Notes: a model not told the origin generated them from the sequence alone. Shown: positions 51,283 through 62,053, numbered from the stretch's first letter. The stretch is DNA of 64,000 nt from an uncultured Acidobacteriota bacterium (GCA_963827655.1 CAWHCF010000023.1:192001-256000); one strand, 5' to 3'. Numbers and translations: made by a program.

Positions 51283-51561
51283 ATGGCTGACAGGTTGGTT
51301 GAGTTGGCGCTCGAGGCACTCGAAGCACGTAAGGCGGCGATTGAGGCTGAAATACGGAAGCTGCGCTCGGCTTCACCCAGGCCGGCGAGAAGAGGCCGTG
51401 GCTCGGAGGGAGGCAAGCCGGGGACCGCCAAAGCCAGGAGACGTGGTCGGTCCGCCGCGGCCCGAAAAGCTCAGAGTCAGAAGATGAAAGAATACTGGGC
51501 AAGGCGCAGGGCGGAACTCGCCGCCCAGGCCGCAGGCTCGGGGTCCAGGAAAAGAAAGTAA
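51283..51561 (+). CDS. Small basic coiled-coil protein, putative nucleoid-associated
   Basis: AAAGGA RBS; LEALEARKAAIEAEI coiled coil; SAAARKAQSQKMKEYWARRR. Confidence 0.7.
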   Translation: MADRLVELALEALEARKAAIEAEIRKLRSASPRPARRGRGSEGGKPGTAKARRRGRSAAARKAQSQKMKEYWARRRAELAAQAAGSGSRKRK

Positions 51562-51612
51562 TAAACGCGCCCCCCACGGCGTGAGGGCGCAATTCAGCAG
51601 CATGATCCCCGA

Positions 51613-53023
51613 TCAAGACAAAGCTTTCACAAGTCCATCAATAAGAATTGTCTCTTGCTCGGGGAAAACGGTCCGCAAATCGATCAAAGCGCGATCTTCC
51701 TCGAGCCTGAGGATGATAGGAGGTCTCTGCGAGCGCAGGCGCGATTCTATGCTGTTAGGGCGATGATATATCGGACTCGAGCGCCAGCAGCGTTGTAGGC
51801 AGATGACATTCGGGACAGGAACCGCCGCCGACTACCGAAGTCCCCTGGACTAGTTTCACGTCCAGCCCCGATGGAATTCTGAGGCGCAATTTGCGAACAC
51901 ACTCGACGACTCCGATCCTGGATTTCCTCCACCTTCGCTGAAATCATCCTCAGGACAGGGATCTCTTCCAGGGCGCGTCCCGTTCGATAACTCGCGATCG
52001 TGGCTTCCAGCGCGCCGTAGATCAGTTTTTCCACGCGATAGGTGCGCATCAGCGGGTTTTTCCGAATCGGATCAACCAGTTTCCTTGAGCCGGCGATGAT
52101 TCCCGACTGAGGCCCGCCGAGAAGCTTGTCCCCGCTGAAGCATACAAGGTCAACACCCGCCGCAATGCTCTTCTGGGCCACAGGTTCGTCCCTGATCCCG
52201 TATGCGCTAAGATCCACCAGGCATCCACTACCAAGATCCTCCAGCACGGGAAGGCGCGCCCGCCGGGCTAACTCCAGAATCTCTCCCAGCTCCGGCCGGT
52301 GAGTGAAGCCAAGCATCCGATAGTTGCTCGGATGCACACGAAAGAGCAGCGCCGTGTTGGGCCCGATGGCCGCAGCGTAATCTTCGACGCGCGTTTTGTT
52401 CGTGGTGCCCACTTCGCGCAGCACAGTCCCGCTGCGGGCCATGATGTCGGGAATTCGGAAGGCTCCGCCGATCTCTACCAGTTCACCGCGCGAAACGATC
52501 ACTTCCCTTCCCAAGGCCAGCGTGTTGAGGACCAGATAAACAGCCGCGGCATTATTGTTCACTACCGTCGCGGTTTCGCAGCCCAGGACTTCGGCAAGAG
52601 ACTGCTCTAGAAGTCTGTCCCGGTGAGATCTCTCACCCGTGTCGAGATCGTATTCAAGATTGGTATATTGGCCGGACAGTGATGGATAAGGAGCTGCTGC
52701 GCCGCCTTTGATAGCGGCGCCCGTCCCAGGTTGGTATGAAGAATAACGCCGGTACCGTTGATCACAGGGCGCAATGCCGGCAGTAATCGTGATTCCAGGC
52801 GGGCTTCAAGCAGCGATTCGAGAGAGCTGATTTCAGCGGTCGAACTCCAGCCCGGATCGCCCGATTGTATGCCGCTCCGGACTTCTCGAAGGAGCAGCTG
52901 AATTTCGGAAACCACAAAGCCACGGCTGGTGCGATCTACCCAATCAACGATCTTCGGGCGCAATAAAAACTGATCCACCGCGGGGATGAGGCGAAGCAAA
53001 TCTTGCGGCGAGGAGCGTGTCAC
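51613..53023 (-). CDS. selA: L-seryl-tRNA(Sec) selenium transferase, frameshifted
   Basis: VINGTGVILHTNLGRAPL, NNNAAA, SRGELVEIGG.FRIPD, FSGDKLLGGPQ; C-terminal IDLRTVF read manually. Confidence 0.92.
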
Positions 53024-53034
53024 TGCGACATCTT

Positions 53035-53140
53035 ACAGCAGTAAGCAGCAGGCAGTAAGCAGTATGCAGTAAGATGGACCAGTCTGCCTGCTGCCAGCCG
53101 CTTTTCTGCCTACCGTTACTTACTGCCGCCTGCTGCTGCT
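53035..53140. repeat. Inverted heptamer repeat (GCAGTAA / CTGCCTA type)
   Basis: CAGCAGTAAGCAGCAGGCAGTAAGCAGTATGCAGTAA...CTGCCTGCTGCC...TTACTGCCGCCTGCTGCTG. Confidence 0.75.
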
Positions 53141-53365
53141 TGCGCCTGCTAGTCCCGCTTCCAGCCTGACGACATTCTCGGCTTGAGGACCTCGAGGCCC
53201 CATCTTAATATCGAACTCTACTTGTTCTCCTTCACGCAGTGTCCTGTATCCATTCTCGCGAATGGCGCTGTAGTGGACGAATACATCCGCGCCGGTCTGC
53301 TGCGAGATGAAGCCATACCCCTTGGTGTTGTTGAACCACTTTACTGTGCCGCTCGTTCTCAGCAT
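53120..53365 (-). CDS. Cold-shock domain protein
   Basis: [31 protein letters not shown]. Confidence 0.95.
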   Translation of the reverse strand: MLRTSGTVKWFNNTKGYGFISQQTGADVFVHYSAIRENGYRTLREGEQVEFDIKMGPRGPQAENVVRLEAGLAGASSSRRQ

Positions 53366-53483
53366 CGTTATCCACTCCAGAGTACCAACCAGTTCGCACA
53401 AAAGTATCCGCTCAGATCCAAGGATCGAAATCCGGATGCCGTCAAGTCATCATGGTGACGCTGCACGTTTTGAGATTTCAGGC

Positions 53484-53513
53484 AGACTAGACGAGGCGAT
53501 TTCTCGGTGTCAA
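53484..53513 (-). promoter_or_regulatory. Putative sigma70 promoter of csp (long 5' UTR)
   Basis: Minus strand TTGACA-N18-TAGTCT about 120 nt upstream of the start. Confidence 0.4.
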
Positions 53514-53573
53514 GGACAAAAATCTGCTTTCCCTGATCCCTGCGGGTTCGTATAGTATCCTGCGCCGCAGCCA

Positions 53574-55167
53574 TTGTTTAAGCCTGTACGGGAGGAAGAC
53601 TTGAGGCAGATCCGCCGCGCGCTCCTGAGTGTTTCTGATAAGACCGGTCTGGTCGAGTTTGCGCTTTTTCTTCACGGCCACCAGGTTGAGCTAATCTCCA
53701 CGGGCGGCACTGCAAAACTGTTGCGCGACTCCGGAATACCGGTGATTGAAGCGGCGGACTATACCGGTTTTCCCGAGATTCTGGATGGGCGAGTCAAGAC
53801 TCTTCATCCGAAAATTCACGGCGGCCTGCTCGCCATACGTGACCGGGCTTCCCATCAGTCTCAGGCTCAGGAGCATGGAATCAAAGAGATCGACCTGGTC
53901 GTGGCAAACCTCTATCCGTTTCGTGAGGCGGCCGCTCGCGAGGGAGTTCCTTTTGAAGAAGTCCTGGAGCAGATTGACATCGGCGGTCCGAGCATGATCC
54001 GCTCGGCGGCGAAAAACCACGCCTTCGTCGCGGTGATCACCGATCCGCTCGACTACGGATGGGTGCGCCAGGAACTGGAGTCGAACCAGTGCAGCCTGGG
54101 AGCCAAGACGCGTCTCCTGCTCGCGCAAAAAGCCTTTGGCTGCACGGCGGCCTACGATGGAGCCATTGCAGCTTACCTGGCGAACCGCGCGAGATCCGAT
54201 AGTGGCGAAGACCCGAGTGGGAACCCGCTGCCTGGGGTTGACATCCTGCCGCTGGAGAAGCTGCGCGACCTTCGCTACGGAGAGAATCCTCATCAGCGCG
54301 GAGCGCTTTATCGAGGCGCCGGGCCGGCGCAAGGCGGAATCGCCGGGGCGGAGGTGCTGCACGGGAAGGAGCTGAGTTACAACAATCTGTTGGATGCCGA
54401 CGCAGCCTGGAATCTGGTCCTTGAATTTGACCTTCCCGCCGGGGCGGTAATCAAACATGCCAACCCGAGCGGCGTGGCACAGAACGACAATCTGAAACTT
54501 GCCTATATCCACGCCCGTGACTGCGACCCGGTTTCGGCCTACGGGTCGGTGGTTGCGTTCAACCGCGCCGTAGACGCGGAAACCGCCCAGGAGCTGGTTT
54601 CGACGTTCGTTGAAGTAGTGGTGGCTCCGGGTTACACCGACGAAGCGCTCGCCATTCTCAAGCAGCGGAAGAACCTCCGGATTCTGCTCGTGCGCTCGGG
54701 CGAACCGGCGGCTCTGCAGCGACGTCAGATCAGCGGCGGTTTCCTGGTCCAGGACAAGGATGCTCACCGCACGCGCCGGGAGGATCTGAGAACGGTGTCG
54801 AAACGCCCCCCGACGGAAGACGAAATCGAAGCCATGCTCTTTGGCTGGCGCGTCGTGAAACACGTGAAATCCAACGCCATTGTTTTCAGCAGCCCGAGGC
54901 CGCACGCTGGGAATCGGAGCCGGACAGATGAGCAGGGTGGATTCGGTAAAATGGGGAGCCCAGCGGGCCACACTCCCGTTGCAGGGTTGTGCGCTGGCAT
55001 CCGACGCATTTTTCCCTTTTGCCGATGGCATCGCGATTGCCGCGAAGTATGGCGCCACGGCTGTCATTCAGCCCGGGGGTTCAGTTCGCGACGCTGAGGT
55101 AATCGAGGCCGCCGACGCCCACGGAATGTCGATGGTCTTCACCGGAATTCGACACTTCAAGCACTGA
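53574..55167 (+). CDS. purH: Bifunctional AICAR transformylase/IMP cyclohydrolase, frameshift near 54895
   Basis: [39 protein letters not shown]; continuation [10 protein letters not shown]...ASDAFFPF...RHFKH. Confidence 0.96.
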
Positions 55168-55169
55168 AA

Positions 55170-56174
55170 ATGCCATTCATTGCCGTGATAGGAGCGGGGA
55201 CCTGGGGAACGGCGCTGGCCCTGCACCTGGCCCGGATCGAACGACGGGTGCGGCTGTGGGTGCGACGCCCGGAGCTGGCCGAAGAAATCCGGGCTCGTCG
55301 AGAGAACAGCTACTATCTGCCGGGATTTACCCTTCCCGACTCCGTCGACATCGCCAGCGATCCGGAGCAGGTTCTTGATAACGCCGGCACGATTATCTCC
55401 GTGGTACCCTCTCACACCGTGCGCGAGATTTTCTCGCGTCTCAAGCCTTACGTACCGCCTGATACTCCGATACTGAGCGCAAGCAAGGGGATCGAAAACG
55501 AGACGTGCCTGCTGATGACGGACGTCATCCTGCAGACGCTGGGAGAAGCTCGGAGGCCCCGGGTGGCAGCCTTGTCAGGCCCCTCTTTCGCTCTGGAGGT
55601 TGCGCGGGGCGATCCCACCGCAGCCGTGGTCGCCTCTCCGGACGCACGTCTCGCGCGAGATTTCCAGAATGACCTATCGGGGCGCAATTTCCGGATCTAT
55701 ACCAACGGCGATCTCATAGGAACGCAAGTCGGCGGAGCCGTAAAAAATATCATCGCCATCGCTGCCGGCATTGTGAATGGCCTTGGCTTCGGTTCCAACA
55801 CTTCGGCGGCGCTGATTACCCGGGGACTCGCGGAGGTGAAAAGGCTGTGCATAGCGGCGGGCGGCCAGGCCGAAACTCTCTCCGGCCTCGCCGGACTCGG
55901 CGACCTGGTTCTCACCTCGACCGGGGACTTGAGCCGCAATCGCCGATTGGGAAATGAGCTGGGACGAGGAAGGAAGCTGGATGAAATTGTCGCCGGCACG
56001 CATTTTATCGCCGAAGGGGTCCGAACCACGCGTTCGACCTTCGCCCTGGCGCAAAGGCTGAAGGTAGAGATGCCGATAACCGAACAAATGCATGAGGTCC
56101 TCTATGCCGGGAAGCCTCCTCTGGAAGCCATTCGCCATCTCATGGAAAGGGAGCTCAAGAGTGAATCCGGATAA
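55170..56174 (+). CDS. gpsA: NAD(P)H-dependent glycerol-3-phosphate dehydrogenase
   Basis: GAGTWGTALA, SKGIE, SGPSFA, KNIIAIAAG, GLGDLVLT..SRNR. Confidence 0.96.
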   Translation: MPFIAVIGAGTWGTALALHLARIERRVRLWVRRPELAEEIRARRENSYYLPGFTLPDSVDIASDPEQVLDNAGTIISVVPSHTVREIFSRLKPYVPPDTPILSASKGIENETCLLMTDVILQTLGEARRPRVAALSGPSFALEVARGDPTAAVVASPDARLARDFQNDLSGRNFRIYTNGDLIGTQVGGAVKNIIAIAAGIVNGLGFGSNTSAALITRGLAEVKRLCIAAGGQAETLSGLAGLGDLVLTSTGDLSRNRRLGNELGRGRKLDEIVAGTHFIAEGVRTTRSTFALAQRLKVEMPITEQMHEVLYAGKPPLEAIRHLMERELKSESG

Positions 56175-56253
56175 TCTATATCTTGGTGTTTCTTCGTGTC
56201 TTTGAGTCTTGGTGGTATTTGTTTAGAATGCCATCTGCGCTTGGAAAATCGCC

Positions 56254-57015
56254 ATGCTGATGGTCGTTGATGTGGGAAACTCCAACACGGTCCTCGGAAT
56301 TTACCGAAAGGACGAGCTTCTGAGCCACTGGCGGCTTTCGACGGAGCGGGATCGCACGGCCGATGAGTGGGGCATTCTGATTCGCTCACTTTTCGTTTCG
56401 GGCGAGATGTCCAACGCTACGGTTACGGCTATTGCGATTTCCTCCGTCGTTCCTCCTGCCAGGCCTGCGCTGGAGGAGATGTCGCTCCGCTACTTCGGAA
56501 TTCAAGCCCTGTTCATCGAGGCCACGATGGATCTCGGGATGCCGGTGCGTTACCACCCGCCTGCCGACGTGGGTGCCGACCGAATCGTGAATGCAGTCGC
56601 GGCTTACCATGAGTTTGGAGGTCCGGTCATAGTCGTCGATTTCGGAACCGCTACCACTTTCGATGCGATCTCCCCGGAAGGGGAGTACCTGGGCGGGGTC
56701 ATCGCTCCCGGGATTGGCATCTCTGCCGAAGCGCTGTTTCTGCGGGCGGCACGCCTCCCGCGGGTGGAGATCAGGCCGCCGTCAAGTGTGATCGGCAATA
56801 CCACGATCGGCAGCATGCAATCGGGCTTGTACTGGGGGTACGCCGGCCTGGTCGACGGGATTTTGCTGCGCATGAAGCGGGAGCTGGAAAACCCCTACGT
56901 GGTTTCGACGGGAGGCCTGGCCGAATTGATATTTCCTGCTTGCGCGGAAATCGACTCCGTAGAGAAGAACCTCACACTGGAAGGGATGCGCCTCATTCAC
57001 GAACGCCTGAAATGA
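56254..57015 (+). CDS. coaX: Type III pantothenate kinase
   Basis: DVGNSN, SSVVP, GADR, VDFGTATT, STGG. Confidence 0.95.
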   Translation: MLMVVDVGNSNTVLGIYRKDELLSHWRLSTERDRTADEWGILIRSLFVSGEMSNATVTAIAISSVVPPARPALEEMSLRYFGIQALFIEATMDLGMPVRYHPPADVGADRIVNAVAAYHEFGGPVIVVDFGTATTFDAISPEGEYLGGVIAPGIGISAEALFLRAARLPRVEIRPPSSVIGNTTIGSMQSGLYWGYAGLVDGILLRMKRELENPYVVSTGGLAELIFPACAEIDSVEKNLTLEGMRLIHERLK

Positions 57016-57734
57016 ATTACTTCAATTATTTCACCGAAATCGAGGATCATTTTGTCCGGCGTCGCGGCAAGCACCTTTTCGTTTCACCAATGGACTGGAG
57101 CCTGATCGCCACCTGGCGCGACTCAGGAATTCCTCTACACGTGGCTATGCGCGGGATCGATATCGCCATGGATTCTTTTTTCTCCAAACCGAATCGCCGC
57201 GGGACGGTGAACAGCCTTTTCTATTGTCACGAGACTGTGATGGAGGAATATGAGCGGCATCTCGAATCCCACGTGGGAGAGGAGGCGAAGCCCGACGAGA
57301 AGAAGTCAGCTTCCGGGGCAGAGGAAGGGCCCGACAAGGACACGGTAAAGAAATTCCTTACCGCCAGAATCTCCGAAATAAAATCCCTCCCCGCGAAACT
57401 CTTAGGACAGCAGAGTGGAACCCTTGTAGAGGCCGTTGACCGGGTTCTTTCTCGCCTGGAGGAGATTGCTAAGGACCTGGCGGATACCGTCCGAGTCAAT
57501 CTTGAGTCGCTGGATCGCGACCTCGCTATTCTGGATGATGTGCTGACGACTGAACTGCGGACCGCTGTGACTCCCGAACAGATGCGGGAGTGGGAGGAGG
57601 AGGCGAAAAAAGAGCTGAAGATATATCGAAAACGGTTGCCGAAAGAGACCTATAAAAAGATCCAGGAGAATTTTCTGCGCGGCAAGATCCACCGCCTGTT
57701 CGATCTGGGTGAGCTAAGTCTTTTTCACCTATGA
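57012..57734 (+). CDS. Conserved-looking hypothetical protein
   Basis: MNYFNYFTEIEDHFVRRRGKHL..SP.DW; overlaps both neighbours (ATGA). Confidence 0.75.
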   Translation: MNYFNYFTEIEDHFVRRRGKHLFVSPMDWSLIATWRDSGIPLHVAMRGIDIAMDSFFSKPNRRGTVNSLFYCHETVMEEYERHLESHVGEEAKPDEKKSASGAEEGPDKDTVKKFLTARISEIKSLPAKLLGQQSGTLVEAVDRVLSRLEEIAKDLADTVRVNLESLDRDLAILDDVLTTELRTAVTPEQMREWEEEAKKELKIYRKRLPKETYKKIQENFLRGKIHRLFDLGELSLFHL

Positions 57735-58996
57735 AGACCCGCCGCAAGGTCATCCCTCAAAGCTTCGAGGTTACAATCGAGAAGCTTGTTTATGGTGGTT
57801 TCGGACTCGGGCGTCACGAGGGAAAGGTAGTCTTTGTTCCTTTCACCGTGCCGGCCGACCGCGTCGAGGTGCGGGTTGTCCGGCAAAGGAGGAATTTTCT
57901 TCATGCTGCGGTGGTCAAGGTGCTGCAGCCTGGACCTGGACGGCAAGCGCCGCCGTGTGGTCATTTCGGCAAGTGCGGAGGTTGCCAATGGCAGCATCTG
58001 GAATATCCACGCCAGGTGGAAACCAAGCGCCAGATTCTGGAAGAAGTACTCCATCATCGGTTTCCTGAGTGCCGGAAGCTCGAGATCAGGATGCAAGAAG
58101 CGCCCGAACCGTTCGGCTATCGCTCCCGAGCGCGGGTCCAGCTACGGGGATTCGGGTCAAGATCGAAAGTGGGGTTTTTTCGATTCCAATCGCACGAGCT
58201 GGAAGACGTCGAATCATGTCCTTTGTTTCGGCCCGTATTGAACGAGGCTCTCGATTCCGTGCGGCAGACCCGCCGGAACGAGAGTTACGATCCGGGGACG
58301 CAGCAACTCGAGCTGGCCTGTTCGCAAGAGGATGGGACCTGGGGAATGGCCGACGCCAGCCGTGAGGCAGACGAGGGATTCTCGGCCGCTCGGGGGAATG
58401 AGGATTCTGAGGCTGATCCCGTCATCCTCCGGAGAAAAATCGGCGACTTCACCTACTCGGTTTCACCCTCGGTTTTTTTCCAGGCGAACGACCATCTGGT
58501 GGAAACGATGGTGCAGCGCGTAGAAAACCTCGCGCAAGGATCGACCGGAACGGCGGCAGCACTCGATCTCTTCTGCGGCGTTGGACTGTTCACGCTCGCT
58601 CTGGCACGACGGTTCCAGAGTGTAGTAGCTGTGGAGAGTTCGCTTCTTGCATCCCGGCTCTGCGCGCAGAACGCGACGGAGGCCCGGCTGCCGAACATCA
58701 AGACGATCTGTGCGCAGGCGGTGGAGTGGACGCAAGCGACGGCTGCCGGCGGGCAGCAAAATTTCGATCTGGTCCTTCTGGATCCGCCACGAGCGGGCGC
58801 GGGGGCTGAGGTGATGAAGCGCCTGTCCGACTGGGCACCCGGAACAATCATTTACGTCTCGTGCGATCCCCACACGATGGTCCGGGATCTTGCCTGTCTC
58901 AATCCAGGAGACTACGAGATCGACTCGATCGAAGGACTCGACCTTTTCCCTCAAACCTATCACTTTGAAAGCCTGGTCCGCCTGAGACGCCGCTAA
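57731..58996 (+). CDS. rlmD: 23S rRNA m5U methyltransferase (RlmD/TrmA family, TRAM + 4Fe-4S)
   Basis: C..F..CGGC.WQH, FFQAN, LDLFCGVG, DPPRAG, YVSCDP, DLFPQT.H.E. Confidence 0.88.
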   Translation: MKTRRKVIPQSFEVTIEKLVYGGFGLGRHEGKVVFVPFTVPADRVEVRVVRQRRNFLHAAVVKVLQPGPGRQAPPCGHFGKCGGCQWQHLEYPRQVETKRQILEEVLHHRFPECRKLEIRMQEAPEPFGYRSRARVQLRGFGSRSKVGFFRFQSHELEDVESCPLFRPVLNEALDSVRQTRRNESYDPGTQQLELACSQEDGTWGMADASREADEGFSAARGNEDSEADPVILRRKIGDFTYSVSPSVFFQANDHLVETMVQRVENLAQGSTGTAAALDLFCGVGLFTLALARRFQSVVAVESSLLASRLCAQNATEARLPNIKTICAQAVEWTQATAAGGQQNFDLVLLDPPRAGAGAEVMKRLSDWAPGTIIYVSCDPHTMVRDLACLNPGDYEIDSIEGLDLFPQTYHFESLVRLRRR

Positions 58997-59104
58997 CGAT
59001 TGCAGATTCTTGCGGATTGCGGATTGCAGATTGCGGATTGAACAAGGAGCACGGCCTCCCGACTGCTTGTCAATCTGCAATCTGCAATCCGAAATCCGCA
59101 ATCG
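58997..59104. repeat. Inverted heptamer repeat (GATTGCG / CAATCCG)
   Basis: GATTGCAGATT...GCGGATTGCGGATTGCAGATTGCGGATTG ... CAATCTGCAATCTGCAATCCGAAATCCGCAATC. Confidence 0.85.
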
Positions 59105-61779
59105 ATACGGTTCCTTTCGTCGGCGTGGCTTCGTCGCTGGGCCTCGGTATTTTAGCTTCACGCGCGCTGCTCCACTACTGCTTCGCGGGTATTCTGCTGG
59201 CGGCCCTGCTTCTGATCGCCGCCTCATTGATCGCGCTCAAGCGCAATCGCCTGAAAACAGCCGTAGCTGCCGGCCTGACGTCAATCTGGCTGGCTGGAGT
59301 GGCCCTCGGGGTTACCGAGAGAGATGTTTTTCCCAAAGATCACCTCCGTTCCCTTCTGGCCGGAAACAGGTTTCCTCTCGGCGAGCTGGTCGCTTTTGAC
59401 GCGTGCATCTCGGAGGAGATAGAGCGCCGCCCACGGTACAACCTGCTTACCGTGGAACTTCACGGTATCCGGATCAAGGATCAATGGATCCCGGCCAGGG
59501 GGAAGGCCCTGCTCCGTATGCCCATTCTACAGGTCGAAGATGACTCGCTTCCTGCCGAAAATCTTCATTACGGCGATAGGATGCGCGGCTGGGCAGAGTG
59601 GACCATACCGCGCAACTTTCAGAACCCCGGGGGAAATGACTGGGTCGAATCTCTTGTCGGTCGAGACATCTTTCTTCTGGGGAGAATCAAGTCTCCGAGG
59701 GTGGTCGAGGTTCTTCCCCGGGATTGCCGAAGTTTAGGGAAAGCCTTCTTGCTGAGGGCGCGCGAGAAGGTGAGGACGAGGCTGCAATATTTTGCCTCAC
59801 GCAACCAGGGACAAGAGGCGGCGGTTCTTGCCAGTGTTCTGATTGGAGACTATTCCGAACTCAGCACAGCCACGCGAGAATCATTTCAGAATGCAGGCAC
59901 TTATCACGTGCTCGTAGTCTCCGGCCTCCATGTGGGCTGGATCGCCTGGGTCCTGATGAATCTATGCCGGCTTCTTCGATTGCCGCCCGGAACTACTCGC
60001 GCCGCCGCCGCAATCGGAATCCTGCTATACGCCAGTCTGATCGGCTTTCAGGCGAGCATTTCGCGTTGCCTTTGGATGTTTTTTCTATACCTGGGCGGGC
60101 AGGCGCTCTTCCGAGCCGCCTCCCCCGTCAACCTCATTCTAGTCTCGGCCTTTCTTCTGCTCGTGGCAAGTCCACACTGGTTGTTCGACATCGGGTTCCA
60201 GCTCTCTTTTCTGTCGGTGATGGCTATCTTTCAACTTGCGCAACCCGGCTTTGATCGCTATCTCCGCCCGCTGTTGGCACCGGTGTGCCACGCGGGTGAC
60301 CTGGCCCGGCTTCACCTCGAGGGCCATGCCCGGCCCGCCCGAATCGGGCGGCGCTGGCGCGCCCAGGTTGAAATGATCGCCGAGGAGTGGGGCGACCGAT
60401 GTTGCCGTGCTTTCGAGACTGGTCTTCTCATGCTCTCAAGAATCGGTGCAAGCGCCGGACTGCTTCTGGCCGGGATGTTTCTTGCGTCTCTTTCGGTGCA
60501 GATCTGGCTTGGTCCGGTCCTGGCTCTCTACTTCAACCGGCTGAGCTGGATCTCCCCCCTCGCGAACCTGGCGATAGTCCCACTCTCATCCCTCGTCCTG
60601 GCGGCGGGCGCCCTGGCAGCCCTGACCGTCCATACGACTTTTCCGGGCTACTGGGTGTATCAGGCCGCAGGCTGGATTTGTTCGCTTCTCCTGAAGACCA
60701 ATGACTGGATCGCCCTCGTGCCGCATACCTGGCAACGCTGCCCCACCCCCTCCCCCATTTGGGTCTGGAGTCTCCTCTTGATTATCTTTTGTTGGTGCAC
60801 ATTGCGGTTGACCAGGATCTGGATTCCCTGCTGCGCCATTGTGCTCAGTCTGGTCTGGTTCGGCCGTGGACCTGATCCCAGCGCGGCAATGTATGTGCCG
60901 ACCCATCCCGAATCAAGCCTGGCAGGCCGCTCGTGGGCAACACGCCCGGCAGAATTGCGATTGACCTTTCTGGACGTAGGTCAGGGAGATTCAATCGTCG
61001 TCCAGTATCCGGACACTTCAGTCTGGGTGCTCGACGCCGGCGGAATTCGCGACCCGGCTCCGGAAGGCGGGCGCCATGCGTTTGATGTCGGAGAGGCCGT
61101 AGTCAGCCGGTACCTCTGGTGGTTGTGGGTCCGAGGGCTGGATCGAATTGTCCTGTCGCATCCGCACCAGGACCACGCGGGCGGCATTCCGGCCCTGCTG
61201 AAGAATTTCAAGGTTGAGCGGCTCAATTATGGGGAACCGCGAAACGATCCGACTCTTGATCGGCTCAGGGCAATCGCCCTCGAGCGGCAGGTCGAATCCC
61301 GCCGCGCCTCGGCGGGAGAGATGGCGCTCGTCGGTGATGTGCGGGTGGACTTCATCAATCCACCGGCAGACGGCGAAGCTCGATCCACGAATGACAATTC
61401 CCTGGTCCTTCATCTTCATTTCGGACGTTTTTCAGCATTGCTGGCAGGTGACCTCGAGCGAGAAGGCGAACTGGCGCTCTTAGCCCGCTCTTCATCGTTA
61501 CGCGCCCTCCTCCTGAAAGTCGCGCACCATGGGAGTCGATCTGCCACCCTGGATTCATTTCTTGAACGAGTGCGCCCCCGCTGGGCCGTGCTTTCCGCAG
61601 GCAGGAACAACCCGTTCGGCCACCCCTCTCGAGAAGTCTTGCTTCGACTGGTCCATCACGGAGCGCGACCGTTTCTTACGTTGGATCACGGGGCTATCAC
61701 CATCGTCACCGATGGTGAGCGCTATACTCTGGAGAGCTTCCGGTCAGGAGTCGTCGAGAGAGGCATCCTGCCCGACTGA
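59017..61779 (+). CDS. comEC: DNA internalization competence protein ComEC/Rec2 (start uncertain)
   Basis: RNFQNPGG.D, HVLVVSGLH, GFQLSF, LDVGQGDS, SHPHQDH.GG, KVAHHGS, NPFGHP. Confidence 0.92.
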   Translation: MRIADCGLNKEHGLPTACQSAICNPKSAIDTVPFVGVASSLGLGILASRALLHYCFAGILLAALLLIAASLIALKRNRLKTAVAAGLTSIWLAGVALGVTERDVFPKDHLRSLLAGNRFPLGELVAFDACISEEIERRPRYNLLTVELHGIRIKDQWIPARGKALLRMPILQVEDDSLPAENLHYGDRMRGWAEWTIPRNFQNPGGNDWVESLVGRDIFLLGRIKSPRVVEVLPRDCRSLGKAFLLRAREKVRTRLQYFASRNQGQEAAVLASVLIGDYSELSTATRESFQNAGTYHVLVVSGLHVGWIAWVLMNLCRLLRLPPGTTRAAAAIGILLYASLIGFQASISRCLWMFFLYLGGQALFRAASPVNLILVSAFLLLVASPHWLFDIGFQLSFLSVMAIFQLAQPGFDRYLRPLLAPVCHAGDLARLHLEGHARPARIGRRWRAQVEMIAEEWGDRCCRAFETGLLMLSRIGASAGLLLAGMFLASLSVQIWLGPVLALYFNRLSWISPLANLAIVPLSSLVLAAGALAALTVHTTFPGYWVYQAAGWICSLLLKTNDWIALVPHTWQRCPTPSPIWVWSLLLIIFCWCTLRLTRIWIPCCAIVLSLVWFGRGPDPSAAMYVPTHPESSLAGRSWATRPAELRLTFLDVGQGDSIVVQYPDTSVWVLDAGGIRDPAPEGGRHAFDVGEAVVSRYLWWLWVRGLDRIVLSHPHQDHAGGIPALLKNFKVERLNYGEPRNDPTLDRLRAIALERQVESRRASAGEMALVGDVRVDFINPPADGEARSTNDNSLVLHLHFGRFSALLAGDLEREGELALLARSSSLRALLLKVAHHGSRSATLDSFLERVRPRWAVLSAGRNNPFGHPSREVLLRLVHHGARPFLTLDHGAITIVTDGERYTLESFRSGVVERGILPD

Positions 61780-61841
61780 CGACTTGTCTTTAGTGAAGAT
61801 TCGGCGCTTATGTTCGTGCTTACGAGAATTTTGTTCACGTT

Positions 61842-62053
61842 AGAAGCCAGAAGTCAGGAGTCAGGAGCAAGAATACCAGTGAGACAGATTGATTCTGTGG
61901 CCTCCGCGAGTTGCCTCCGGCTCGCTGACCTAGGATTTTTCTGGCACACGGCTTGGGTTACGGCAGACTGGAAAGTGGGCCGCCTGCTGAATGCAAATGC
62001 AATTCTGACTTCCGGCTCCTGACTTCTGACTCCTGCTTCTGACTATCTGACTT
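61842..62053. repeat. Inverted heptamer repeat (AGTCAGG/AGTCAGA ... CTGACTY)
   Basis: AGCCAGAAGTCAGGAGTCAGGAG ... TTCTGACTTCCGGCTCCTGACTTCTGACTCCTG. Confidence 0.8.

Noticed and set aside
51613-53023. Selenoproteins or tRNA-Sec near selA
   Set aside because: I noticed no in-frame TGA at a catalytic Cys position and no tRNA cloverleaf in the window.
1285-55167. Frameshifts in the S9 peptidase, mltF-like, ADOP, selA and purH as pseudogenes or programmed frameshifting
   Set aside because: They are single-base indels with no slippery motif and no other decay, and they include a housekeeping gene (purH). Long-read assembly error is the simplest explanation; read polishing would settle it.
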